From positions 1 to 64,000 of the forward strand of contig JABLTG010000035.1 of assembly GCA_016618085.1 (NCBI GenBank): a stretch of DNA of 64,000 nt. The letters run 5' to 3'. Made by a program: the position numbers and the translations under genes. Of the stretch, positions 13,106 through 26,499 are shown one piece after another. This stretch comes from Neovahlkampfia damariscottae. Taxonomy: Eukaryota. Each line of letters opens with the position of its first letter. Position 1 is the stretch's first letter. Under the pieces are notes generated by a model. The model searched no databases. It had not been told where the DNA came from and saw nothing but the letters and a program-made list of their open reading frames with translations.

Positions 13106-15286
13106 TTATTGTTTTAATTTCTTTTGTCTTCTTCTACCATAAACATCAATTGGTCTAGAATGAGATATTTGATTTGAATCATCATCACTTTCATAATCTT
13201 TTGATTTCAAAGATTCATCAATTGATTCAATTGGAGGTAAATCATTTTTTTTTAAAGATTGTAAAACGTAATCTAATTCAGGTAAAGGACCATCATAAGT
13301 TGGTAAAACAGATAATAAATATTGAACAGAATCTGGAATATAGTCATCTTTTTTTGATTTTGAAATTAATTTTCTTGGTTCAATAGGTTTATAATTTGAA
13401 GTATCAGGTTTAACAAAATTTAAATTTTTTGGTAAAAGATTTTCAATTTTTAAATTATTTTCAATATTTTCTAAAGGATATAAATCATGAAATTTGAATC
13501 TATTATTTAAAAGTTGAAAATCAGATATTTCCAATTCTGGATATATTTCAATTCTTCTTTTGATAACATTTGAAATGGATTCTAAATTACCATTTTCATA
13601 TTCAAAATCTAAGAATTCATTCCAAATTTCTAAACCTTTTTCTTTTGGTATTGCTGCAATTACTCTTTCAAATAATACTCTAATATTATCTTTATCATTT
13701 TGATGTTGAAGAAATTTTAAATATTCCATTACATACTAGTACTATAGTTAATATTCATTTTTCATTTTTACTTTTGGTTCTGTAATATATTTTTTTAAAC
13801 CAATTTCAAATACTTTTCTTGCAACAATTAAATCATTATTTTGTGACCATTCCATTAATGCTGATGCAATATAAATATGATAAGTACATTCATTTGATTT
13901 TCTTGCTTGCATAAATATATTTCTTGCAGGATTACTTCCCTTTTTATTATCATTTAAAAAGAATAAAATATACTTCTGTTCTTCTTAAAAAGTTTTGATA
14001 TTGAATAAAAGATAATGAATCCTTTCTATTTTGAATTAATCTTTCAAATATTTCTTTAGATTTTTCTAAATTCTTTCTTGTTTCTTCAAATTGAGAATAT
14101 GCTAAATGTAATAATAAATTATCAGGTAATGATTGAATTGATTTTTCAAATATTTCTGCAGCATCATTTAATAAATTGTTTTTTAAATAAAATTGTGCAA
14201 AATTATACCAAATTTCAGTAGAATGATAAAAATTTAATAAACTAAAAATAGATTTTAAAATGAATTGATTGGATAAATAATACCATTGTGAAAATGTGAA
14301 TGATACATTTTTAAATACATCTGATTGATTTAATTTTTGAGTATTTCTTTCTTCAAAATCAATTAATTTTTGCCAAATTTGTTTTTGTTCTTCTTCTTTT
14401 AGTGTACCTTTTGATGGAGTAGATAACATATTTATTAATAAACCTTCTCTTAATATTTTCTTTTCTTTTAATTTTGAAACAGATGATTTATATTTTATTA
14501 AATTCTCTGCAATTAATGTTTTAGCTAATGTTGGTGATATTTCATTTTCAAATGATTCATATTCATGCCAAATTTGATCAATACCATTCATACAATTTGA
14601 AATAGCTCTTTGATATAATGATCTTAATTTTATCATCATTTTAGATTCATCAAATTGATTTGTTATTTGTTGATTCTTTAAAAAGTTTAAATAATCAATC
14701 CAAATTGGTGTTGAATTAATATCTAATCCAACTTTATCAATTGCAAATTCAAAAGCTTTTTCAATTTCATCTTTATTTTCTTCTTTATCATTTGAACTTT
14801 TAACATAATTTAAATAATATTGCCATAATTCAACATTTAAATTATTTAATAAACATCTATCAAAGATTTCAACTCCTTCTTTTATATGTCCTGTTTCAAT
14901 TTCATGTTGTGCATATATCTTCCAATATCTACTCTATTTATATATATTAATCACTTTGAATTAAATATTATTTTACTGCTGTTGGAAATAGTTTTAAAAA
15001 TCTTTCATAAGTAACTCTTGCTTCTTCAATATGAATATTCTTTAATTCACTCATTATAATCTAATATATTAAATTAAATTCATTATATTACAATCCAAGA
15101 CTCTGTATCATATTTATCTTTTTCAACATTTTCTTCTGCTTTTTCTATTTTTTTACTTCGTTTTAAAGATGACTTTTCTTCTTCTTCTTCTTCTTCTTCT
15201 ACAACTTCTTCAACTTCATCTTCTTCATCTTCTTGGTTCAATTCTTCTTTTATATTTTCTTTTATATTTTCTTCTTCGTTACTCAT
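13106..15286 (-). CDS. CSTF3: Cleavage stimulation factor 77 kDa subunit (HAT repeats)
   Basis: HAT repeats: ARKVFEIGLKKY, DNIRVLFERVI, IWNEFLDFEYENGNL, and C-terminal DVYGRRRQK. Confidence 0.92.
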
Positions 15287-15346
15287 TTTTTTTTTTGAAA
15301 TTCCAACCAATTAAATTAGAGATTTAAAAAATATAAAAATTTATTA

Positions 15347-17767
15347 TTATGGATTTCTTTGAATTGTATAATTCTTTTTTGGTTTATTTTCAGATATTTC
15401 AATATTTTCATTTCTAAATAAATTTGGAGATATTTCTGCAAGCCATTCAGTTTCAATTGAACAAATATCTTTTCAAAAGAGAATAAATATTCAATAAATA
15501 ATGATTTACCTCTAATATATAATTTTGAAGTTTCAACTAAATATTAAATGAATGATATATGGATTACCAATTGAAGTAAATATTATAGTTTTTGGAAGAG
15601 GATCAGGTATAATTGAAGAAGGATGAATTCTAACTTCTAAATGATGAAATAATGTTTTATAAACTCTTTTCTTTCCAATTCTTGTTGCAGAATTTAAAAA
15701 GAAACCACTAGCTAATGCTTTTCTAATATTTAACATATCATCATTATTTCCCTTTGAAGATTCAATTGGTACATTTAATTTAATTAAAAGATCTTTTAAT
15801 TGTTTTCTAATTAACATTACCTTTTTCATTGATTTTGACTTTTAGGATAATTAGAATAATAGATTCTTTACATTAATAAAATTATTCCAACACCAATTTG
15901 AATCACCTTTTACTTTCTTATATTCATCATATACTTTTAATAATGATATTAAATCACCATAAATGGATGAGAATTTCATTTTTGATTTATCAGATTCTTC
16001 TCTTTTATTTTGTGGTGAAAAGAATATTGATTCAACAGATAACATTGAAATAATAGTTAATATCTCTTCAGTACATTTAAATTCACTTGATTTTAAAAGT
16101 ACAGAACTAAACATTGGTGGTAATGGAAATTCTGCTAATTTTTTACCAAATTTTGTAAGTTTAAATGTATTCAATTCTAATGCATCTATATTATTATTTA
16201 ATAATTTATTTTTTTTTTTTTTTTACTCAATGCTATTTAATATTAATGTTTTATAAATATCTTACAAACTAATAATTCAAATGATTTAATTACTAATTAT
16301 TATTTTTTAATATTTGTTTTCCTTTACATGATTTCTTTGATGGTTTATCAATAAAATCAAATTCTAAAATATCATCAATTCCAATAGATTTCATTTGTAA
16401 TACTACTTCAGATAAATTACATCTTTGTATTTCTGGTATTGGATATTCAATCATTTCATTTTCATAAAAATCTTCAGTATCTTTTTTCAAAAATTAAATA
16501 ATGATTCTCTTACATAATCTAAAACATTTTCCAGATTGTTCTCTTCCTGCTCTTCCTGATCTTTGCCATGAATTTGCTTTGGCAGTTTGTGTAATTTTTA
16601 AAGATTCTAAACCATTCATTGGATTATAATCTCTAAGTTTAACAAAACCACAATCAATAACAAATTTAACTATTTTTTTAATTATATTTTATAATGATTA
16701 CTTCCTGAAATGGTAATAGATGTTTCTGCAATATTTGTAGCCAATACTATTTTTCTACAACCAATTGGTGTTTTTTCAAACACTTCCATTTGTTTTTCAG
16801 ATGGTAAATTTGAAAATATTGGACAAATAATTAATTTATCAACTTCACTTGGAAGTAATTTTGATTTTTCTTCTAAAATATTTGCAATAGATTCAATTTC
16901 TTCTTGACCAGTTAAAAATACTAAAATATCTCCTTCTTTTTCATCTAAATGTGTTTGTAAACATGTAATAACAGTGGAATCAATATAATCATTTTGTGGT
17001 TCATCTGTATAATATATTTCAACTGGAAATTGTCTACCTTTGACATGAAATATTTTAGCACTATTTCAGATAAATATTTAAAAATAAAAATACTTGAAGA
17101 ATTTTGCAAATATATCTTCTTGTAATGTTGCAGACATAATTATTACTTTTAAATCTTTTCTTTTTTTTTGAATTGATTTAACAATTCCAAATAATATATC
17201 TGTATTAATTGTTCTTTCATGTGATTCGTCCAATATAATATATTCGTATCTAATAAAAATAAATATATAAATGATTTAAACTGTTTTAATAATGGATCTA
17301 TTTGTGCTTCTCTGATAATCATACCATCAGTAGCATATTTTATTTTTGTTTCTTTATAATTGGTAACATCTTCAAATCTAATAGAATAACCAACTAATTT
17401 ACCAATTTCACTATTCATTTCTTTTGCCACTCTTTGACTTAAAGTTATAGCAGCTACTCTCCTTGGTTGAGTAATTAATATTTTCTTTTTTGGTTTTAAA
17501 TAATTATAGATAAATTGAGGTATTTGTGTTCTATTTTAAAAATATAAATATATTAAGATATATACGTTCTTATTAAATTATTTTAAATTATTATTATTTA
17601 ATTATTTACTTTCCAGAACCTGTTTCACCAACAAGAACCAATGAAGTATTATTCTTTATTTCATTGATGATTTCATTCTTTACTAGATGTATTGGTAATA
17701 ATTCATTATCAAACTTCATTTTTTTTTCTTCACTGTTGTTATTTGTTGATTTAAAACTTCTTTTCAT
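15347..17767 (-). CDS. DEAH-box RNA helicase (DHX33/Prp22-like) with 3-nt and 6-nt exons
   Basis: GETGSGKTTQ, QPRRVAA, DESHER, MSAT, ATNIAETSIT and QRSGRAGR motifs, plus HA2 and OB-like C-terminus. Confidence 0.93.
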
Positions 17768-17815
17768 TTATCTGTCCAATTTTTTTTGTTAATTCAATTT
17801 CAACCAATCAAACTG

Positions 17816-18156
17816 ATGAAAAGACACACAAATGACCATGAAGAAGTAATCCTTTGTAAAAAATTAAGATTCAATTTAGATACCAAATGTATTTGGTTTT
17901 TTAAAAATACTCACCGATGAAAGACATCCTGCAATTATGAGGTAATATCAAAGTCCTTTCTTTTTTATTATTTAAAAAAAGTATTACTTATTTTTCATTT
18001 TTTGGTTTGTTAGCAACTTCAATTTTGATATTCTTTTTACCATTTATTGATAATAGATTTGGTATTGGATTATTAGTTTTATCATTTTTATTATTCATTT
18101 TATTACAATATTTTATTAGAATAATAGAAAAAGAAAAAGAAAAAATGGAAGAATAA
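17816..18156 (+). CDS. Small two-TM protein, possibly Pkr1-like V-ATPase assembly factor (absent from the ORF track)
   Basis: Exons 17816-17941 and 17982-18156 give ...HPAIMSITYFSFFGLLATSILIFFLP...GLLVLSFLLFILLQYFIRIIEKEKEKMEE*. CCAAT at 17804. Confidence 0.5.
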
Positions 18157-18164
18157 TATATTTT

Positions 18165-18924
18165 TTATCCACAACATCCTTTTTTTGGTTGTTGTTCATC
18201 TTCAGGTACAATACTTTTACCTGGATCTACAACTTTTGCACCTGTATTATCATCATTGGATGTTTTAACTGTATTTGTGCTACATTTTTTATGAATTTCT
18301 TGTAAAACTGTTGTAAATGCTTCTTCTACATTTGTTGAATCCAAAGCTGAGGTTTCAACGAAAAATAGTTTATTTGCTGTTGCAAACTCTCTTGCTTCAT
18401 CAGTTGAAACAGCTCTTAAATGTGTCAAATCAGATTTATTTCCAATTAAAATAATAACTATATCTTCAACAGCATGTTCTTGTAATTCTTTAAACCATTT
18501 CTCACAGTTTTCAAAAGTTGGTCTTTTTGAAATATCATATACTAATAAGGCTCCAACAGCACCACGATAATATGCTGAAGTAATAGCTCTATATCTTTCT
18601 TGACCAGCAGTATCTAATAAAATAAATAAAAATGAAAAAAAAAATATAAACCCCAAACTAAAAAAAAAAAAGAATATCAATTATATTTTTAATTGATTTA
18701 CCTTGTGCTTTAACTGTAGAATCTTCTATTTTTAAAGTACGTGTAGCAAATTCTACACCAATAGTACTTTTTGATTCAAGATTAAACTCATTTCGAGTAA
18801 AACTTTTTTGAAATTAAAAATAAATAAATATTTTGTACCGAGTTAAGAGATTAGATTTTCCGACACCAGAATCTCCAATAAGAACACACTTAAAAAGAAA
18901 GTCACAATCGTTTTCTCCGTCCAT
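18165..18924 (-). CDS. RAB11: Rab11 GTPase
   Basis: [47 protein letters not shown] and ETSAL motifs, with C-terminal CCG. Confidence 0.97.
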
Positions 18925-19204
18925 TCTCTTCTATTTTTTACAAAATCAGTTTAATTGGTTGAATGAATTTGTCCAATAAAAAACTCTGACAGCAAATTCA
19001 ATGAATAGTATTTTATTCACCAAAATGATATTCAAAACAAATAGAATTAGAAATAAAATGAAGTCAATAGTAATCCTTCAAATTATTCTTTTAATTCCAT
19101 GATATCCCCACAGTAGAATGAATTCATCTAAAAATGAGCAAGACATATCATATTACAATGTTCAAATTAAAGGAATTGAAAATATTAATGCAATATAAAT
19201 GAAT

Positions 19205-20467
19205 TTATTTTTTTTTTCTATTTTTTAGTTCAATTAACCAAGGAGGTTGATCATTTTTTTCCACTTGTTTCATTTCTACTTTATTTATTGATAATTTTTG
19301 TTTTGGTGGTGGTATTGATTTCTTTGGAATATTTTTGATTTGTGGATCACTTACAATATTTGAATCTATTGGTTTTAAAAATTTCTTCACTTTTTTCATT
19401 ATATATTTTAATATTTTTGGATTTTTCATTTCTTCTTTTGACAAACCTGCTTTTTCAAATATTTCAATCCATTCATTTGGTATTTCATGTTCACCAAATA
19501 ATTCAAATATTTCATCTTTTTCTTTATTTTCATTTCTAGGTAATCTTTTTAAAGATCTTCTTTTTGATATTCTAATAACTATAGTTTTATTATTTAATTG
19601 TGTAATTTTCAATTTCTCTTTATTCAATATTTCTTTTAACTTTTTAAATATTATTTAATAAACATTTAAATTACTGATTCAATATCTTGAACATAAGATA
19701 AAATATTATCTTCATAAGATTTTCTATTATATTTTTCCATAAATTCATCAATTTCATTTGGTGCATCAATGTCAAGTATATCTTCATTTTTGATAATTTC
19801 ATTTTCTGATATAATTTGAATATAATTTGAAGGAAAGAATCCAACTGAATCACTCTTATATTTTAAATGACCATACCACCTATATATTTAATATCATCTT
19901 CTTCTAGATTACCATCCACTTTCAAAATCTTTATCTAAAACAAATATTTCTTTATCTTTTATTAATTCAATTTCTTCTTCATCATTAGTTTTATAATTAT
20001 AATTTATTTTATAAATTTCATCTTTTCTATTAATTTCAAATTTAATTTCTTTTGAAACTACATATTTTCTTAAATCAAGAAATATTTCAATGAATAAATT
20101 ATTCTTTTTTTATTTAAATTATTTTTAATTTTACACAAAACTCACTCTTTAAAATGGAAAACAAATAATTATGTAACATGATTTCTCTTTTTAAAGAATA
20201 ATCAAGATGACCATGAAATATTTGTGTAGGAAAATTGATTTTTTCATAAAAACTGTTTCCTAAATTTGAAATTAAGTTAGCATGTAATTGACAAAAGTCA
20301 AAGTATCTTTTTTTAATGGTCCAAGTTTGATTTGAGTTTTTACAATTTATCCAATATTCCACAAAATATGTTTTCGTTTCTTTGTTATTCAAAATTTCAA
20401 AGTGATCTATATTTACAATTACTAAAGGATTTTCTTTTTCTGTTTTTGTTCCTTTTCGTTTTCTCAT
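19205..20467 (-). CDS. PX-domain protein with a WASP-like C-terminal segment
   Basis: PX motif WTIKKRYFDFCQLHANL...FP...REIMLHNYL. C-terminal IPNEWIEIFEKAGLSKEEM followed by a Pro-rich stretch. Confidence 0.65.
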
Positions 20468-20522
20468 AATATCTCTTGACTAACTAGAAGTATGATGATT
20501 GGTTGAAAAGACTAAAATTTAT

Positions 20523-23500
20523 TTAAGCATAATAAGAAGGAGATATTAACAAATCATTCAATTTTTCTAATTGATCTAATGAAAATGATTCTTTATGAAT
20601 GTGCCATTGATCAAAATGATTTTTTCTAAAATCTGAAAAAGTCTTACGAACTGTTCATAAATATTAGAAGTAACAAAGTTCAAAATTACCAATTTCGATA
20701 TATTCTTTTTTATTTGAAAATGATGATAATTCAACTAAAATATTTGGTAAAAAAGATGGTATTTCATATGGAAATGCTTTAATAATTGAAATATAACCAA
20801 ATATACCACATTTCACTTTTTTTTTATCTTTTTTTTGATGAATTGAATTTTCAAATAATTTCTAAAATGAATAATTTAGAATAATTACAAATATTTTACA
20901 ATAAATTTAAAAATTAATTTTGAAGTTGAAAATTTAAAGAATCCAGCCAAAGTATCAGATGTTAATTCTCTTACTTCTAATTGATTATCATTAAATAAAT
21001 GAATTAAAATATTAAATATTTTTTCTTCTTCAATTTTTAAATAAAATTGTTGTTGATATCCAAATATTTGTAAGAATTGTAAAATAGTAATTTTAATTTT
21101 CCATTGATCATTTTCTTTTAAAATTTGAATTAAAAAATTTAAAATATCTTTTGATATCTTTTTTGAGAATGGATAAATTGCAATCATATAAATAGTTCCT
21201 CTTACTAAATTTTGAATTTCTTCATCTGAATTTTCTTGAATAATGATTAACATTTTTAAAAATTGAATTGGTTGAATTGAATTATAAAATGGAACATGTG
21301 ATGAAAATAATCCAAAAATGAAACTTAAAATAGTTCTACTAAATGATTTAAAACTTTCATTTTCAATTAAATTTTTATCTTGTTTTAAATATTTTTCAAA
21401 TTTTGAAAATACAAGTATTAAAAATTCATCACATAAAATGGAATTGGAAGATATATTATTTGATTTCCAAAAGGATTTAAAAATCTAGTCATATTATTAA
21501 TAAGATATATAATGACTTACAACTGAAAAGAATGATGAAATAGATTCTCTTATTTGTTCATAAGGATGATCTAAATAATTTGTTAATTTTTTTAAAATTA
21601 AATTTTTTAAATTTGGATCTCTCCAATATATTGCATTGGTATAACTATAAAGATATTTTAAATATTTTGATTCTGATGTTTCATTTAATGATAAATGTTC
21701 AAATTTTGAATATAATAAATCTCTTAACCATTTTACTCTTCTTGGATCTTTATCTGATAAAATGAATTCAATACATTCACACCATTCATCAATACAATTT
21801 AATGTACTATTTTCTAATCCATTTTCAAATATTTCAATTAAATATGGAATATTTTCTTTTTGTAATTTAATTGGCCAATGTTTCATTCCTCTAATAACAC
21901 CACTTAAATATTCAGATATAGTTGAAACATATGATATTTCTTCTCTTATTCCACTACCAAAATGTTTCATACAATTATTAATTTCATCTTTACAAATTAA
22001 AATAAAATCATTTTGTAATATTTGTGTAAATCCTTTAAATAATTGTGCCATCGTTTCACTAAATGATTCTTCACGTAAATTTATTAAATTAAACCAATTT
22101 GAAATAAATTCTTTGTTTATATTATTACTCAAGAACTCTTTTAATTCAATTGAATCTTTGGAGAATTCAATATCTTTTTTGTAATCATAAAATTTTAATT
22201 TATTTTTTGTTTTATTAAATCCATAATAATCTAATATTTTTAATATTTTAACTTTTCTTTACTTTTATCATAAAATATTTCAACATCTTGTTTTTCATTG
22301 GATAATAATTCATCCCATTTAATTTCATTTTTTATTTCTAAATAAACAGTTGGTTGAATTGGTTTATATTGTTGAAATATTAAATTTAAACCTTCAATTG
22401 AAAGAATTCTAATTTTATCAATATCATTGGTTAAATTATTTAAAAACCATTTAATACCCGAAATAGGATATTTAATATTATCCGATCTAATTAATAGAAT
22501 CAAAAATGAACCAATAATTGATTGATATTTCCAATGTAAATTTGATTCATTTTTTTCAATTTTAATTAAATTTTCAATAAATTTTTGATAATCTAATTTT
22601 TCATTTTCATTTTTAATTTTTAATTGATAAGTATGATTAAATAAACTATCATGTAATTCCATTATTCTATCTTGAATAGTTTGTTTTGTAACAAAATATG
22701 TTTTTGAAATACAATTCATAATTTGAAATAAACTCTTCCAATTTGATATTATATTTTTTGATATTTGTCTTTCTAAAATATAAATTGCACCTGTCCTTTT
22801 TTCATCTTCAATATTTTCATCATTTATTAATGATATTAAATTTGGTAAGAATTGAAATGTTACTTTTGTCGAAAATCTTTTTAAACAAATTTCTAAAATA
22901 TTTTGAGATTTCTTTCTAATTTTAGAATAAGTTGATAAAGATAATTGAATTAATTTTTGTAATAAACATTCATGTAATTTAGTATATTCAATTGAATCTA
23001 AATGTAATATAATTCTATTAAAATAATCTAAATTAACTCTTCTAACTAACATGTATCTTCAAAAATTAGTATTAAATTATTTTAAATTTTATATTTTACC
23101 TAGGATATTTACCTCTATTATCAAGACATGATTTAAAATTATGTGCTTTAACATATTGATATCCACTCTTTTCTTTTAAATATGATAATTTATCAATTCC
23201 ACCACGAATACAAAATATTGAATATATTAATTTTGGTATAATAGTTAATAAATCAATAAATTCATTTTTATTTGATTTTAAAATACCATCTAATAAATTG
23301 TTAATTAAAATTGAAATATTTTCAAATGAATATTTATCATTTCCAATTTCTAAATAGTTGGTTGATTTAAAAAATAAAGTAACATTAGAATTATTAATTC
23401 TAAAAATAGATTAGAATGATTATTATTTTACTTTGACATATTTGGTATAATATCAGATTTAATTTCATTTAATAATGAACTACCACCAACTAAAATATAA

Positions 23501-26266
23501 TATACATTCTTTAAATGATTCTTAATTTCTTGATTTGAATATTTTAAATTTTTAACTTGTTCATTCTTTAAATCTAATGTATATTCTTCAATTATTTTAA
23601 ATATCTTTGATAAATATTCATTTATTAATTCATTTGAGAATGTTATTTCTTCTTTATTTGGAATATGCCAATCTATTTTTAATTCATTTAAATTTTGATA
23701 TTCTCCCCAATATTCATTTTTATTCATTTTATTATCATTCCAAATATCTGGATTTAATGATCTAAAATCTTGAGAATAATAAAATGTAAAGTTTCTTAAA
23801 ATCTAATTTGAATATTAAAATTATATTTATATTTTTACATTTTTTAATAATTTTCCAGATTCTTTTGATATTTTCTTTTCTTTTGAAAATAATGTTAAAT
23901 TCAAAATCATTTTTAATTCATTTCTATAATCATTATTAGTCAATTAATCCTTACTTATAATTTAAAAGTGTTGAATTAGTTCTATAAACTACTTGACCTA
24001 AAATATGAAGATAATAAACAATTTCATTCAAAGTTAAATCTTTTAAACTTTCATTTTTTTTATCAATTAAATTATCAAATAACATTGGAATAAAATAGGA
24101 TAATCCTATTTTTGGATTGGAAAAACATATTGAATTACATAAATGACCAATCTAAAAGTATTAATGAATGTTAATCTTTTTACATTTTTTAAAGCATTAA
24201 TTGAAAATTGATTGGAAATAAAATTAAATACTTTTTTTAAACAAATTAAATAAAGAGAAGGTGAAAGTTGATTAAAAAATAAATCAAAAAAACCCCAAAA
24301 AACATTACTCGGTATAGTTTCAGAATCTAAATTATTTTCTTTATCTTTTTCTAAATTTTGATTTGATAAAATAGTAAACATTTTATCAAGTAAACAAGTA
24401 CACCAATCTTCAAAAAAATTTGGATCAAAATATTCATCCAAATTATTTTGTTCATTTATACTTGAACTACTATTAGTTTGATTTACATTATTTAAATTAA
24501 TGGTAACTAATAAAGCAGTATAAAATTTAATAGATGACCATGTCTTTTTTAAATCATTTACATCAATACCTGGTATTGTTAAATTCATTAAATCTTGTAA
24601 ATATTTCTTTCCATTTGAGAATATTGATTTATTTAATAATGGAAATATTACAATTGATAAAGTTTCAAGTGCAACTGTAGTTTGATGAGTTTCTGTTAAT
24701 GTTTGTAATGCAAACATACATTTTTCAATTAAAGGTGGAATAACAAAATCAGGACAAATATAGGTTAATTGTTTAATTGAATGATTTGCACATAATGTCA
24801 TTTGTGATGTTTTTGAATACATTGCAGTAAATGTAATTGGTAATATTATTTCAACAAATTCTTTACACATTTCATCTGTAATTCTTGAATGTTTTGGTAT
24901 AATTTTAAAAGTTGTATCATTGTTTTCTTTTTTAAGTCTTTTTGCAAATCTTGTGCACAAAATTAATAAAAAATCACCTAAAATTCCAGTCCAATTACCT
25001 TCATTTGAAGGATGAAAATATGAATCAATAGATTTAATTAATTTTTTTAAATAATCTAAAGTATTATTTTCAGGTGATATCATCCAAATTATTAATTTTG
25101 AAACTTGTATCATTAATAAATTCTTTAAAAAATAGTTTTAAAAATGATTATTTCTATTTACTTTGGAATATTCAAATGAACCAAAAATATTACACTCTTC
25201 ATTAGGATATTCATCATAAACTAGTTAAGTTAATAAAAATGAAAAGTACTTGAAGGTGCATTTCCAATTGGAACATCAAAAAATTTTAAAAATTTGGCAA
25301 ATAAGTTATCTGAATATAATTCCCATTTAATTTTACCAATATTTTCTTCAGCAAAATTTGAGAAAAGTGAAACAAATCCTTAAATGACTTAAGTACTTCT
25401 TTTTTTGTTACCTAAATCATAAGTTGGATATAAACCAACTAAATTCCAAATATTTAAAAATTCATCAATTAATTCAAAATTAAGTAATTTTGGTGGAACA
25501 AATAAACATAAAAACCCTTGTGCTTTAAATAAAAGATGGTCATGAATGCATAATTCTGGTTTTAATCTTTCAAATATTTCAAGTGCACTGTCTTCTGAAA
25601 AATATCTGTTAATCTTTTTTATCATATTAACTATTGTTGTTCCATGACTATAAACATTTTTAAGTATAAAATTATAAATACTCTTTTGGTGTATAAACAT
25701 TTTTTCGAAATTTTGTGAAATAATTTTGTTCAACAATATTCATTAATGGTTTCCAATCTAAAACTAAGTCAAGTTTTTCATTTTTTCTAAAGAATGAAAA
25801 CTATGAAAAACTTTACTTGATAAGTTGTGTTATAATCTTTGCACATTTTGTTTGTATCATAAAATCAACTTCAGGATCAATAAGAATTAAATAAATCAAT
25901 TTAATCAATTCAGATGTTTCTTCTAAATTAATTTTATACTTTGAGTCTTCAAATCTTTGAATTAAATAAAAAACATCAACTAATTTTTCAAAATCCTTAT
26001 TTTCAGCGCACCATTTTAATTCTTTGAATATTTCTTGTTTCCAAGTTTTATATTCATCTTCCATATTCAAATTTACATCTGATGGAAGAAATTTTTTATA
26101 TTTTTGGATTTCCAATTCTAAGAATATTTTGAATAAAAACGAATTCAAATTGTATACCATCAATAAAACCATCTTCTTCGATTAATATTTCGTCAGACTT
26201 GAGTTTTTTCTTTGGAAATTGCTCTTCCGTCTCATCTCCAAAGTCACCGCCAACTTTTCTCTTCAT
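20523..26266 (-). CDS. PSME4: Proteasome activator PA200/Blm10
   Basis: SYFHPSNEGNW, PGIDVNDLKKT, WHIP, QLEVRE, AFPYEIP, and the C-terminal SPSYYA HbYX motif. Many mini-introns. Confidence 0.93.
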
Positions 26267-26418
26267 GACCAATCAAATTTCCTGTAGAAACCAAAAATTG
26301 TTTTATGATTTTTTTTTTTTTTAAATTTGAAAAAAATATGAAAAAAAAAATTCAAATATTTTGTCCATGGAAATGTCAATTTTTGTTTTTGCACAGAAAA
26401 GCTGAATTAGAAGCAAAA

Positions 26419-26452
26419 TGGACCAATGAGGAGTTTTTCCGTGGACCAATAA
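26419..26452 (+). promoter_or_regulatory. Tandem TGGACCAAT (NF-Y-type CCAAT) boxes upstream of the methyltransferase gene
   Basis: TGGACCAATGAG and TGGACCAATAAG are 23 nt apart (CCAAT at 26423 and 26446). Confidence 0.6.
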
Positions 26453-26499
26453 GAGCCGACTTTGAAGTTAGATTTTTTGTTTAGAACAGAAAAGTTAAG

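Noticed and set aside
18652..18657. The Rab11 microexon equals one telomere unit (TTTGGG)
   Set aside because: The sequence is dictated by the conserved V-W-D codons, so the match is coincidental.
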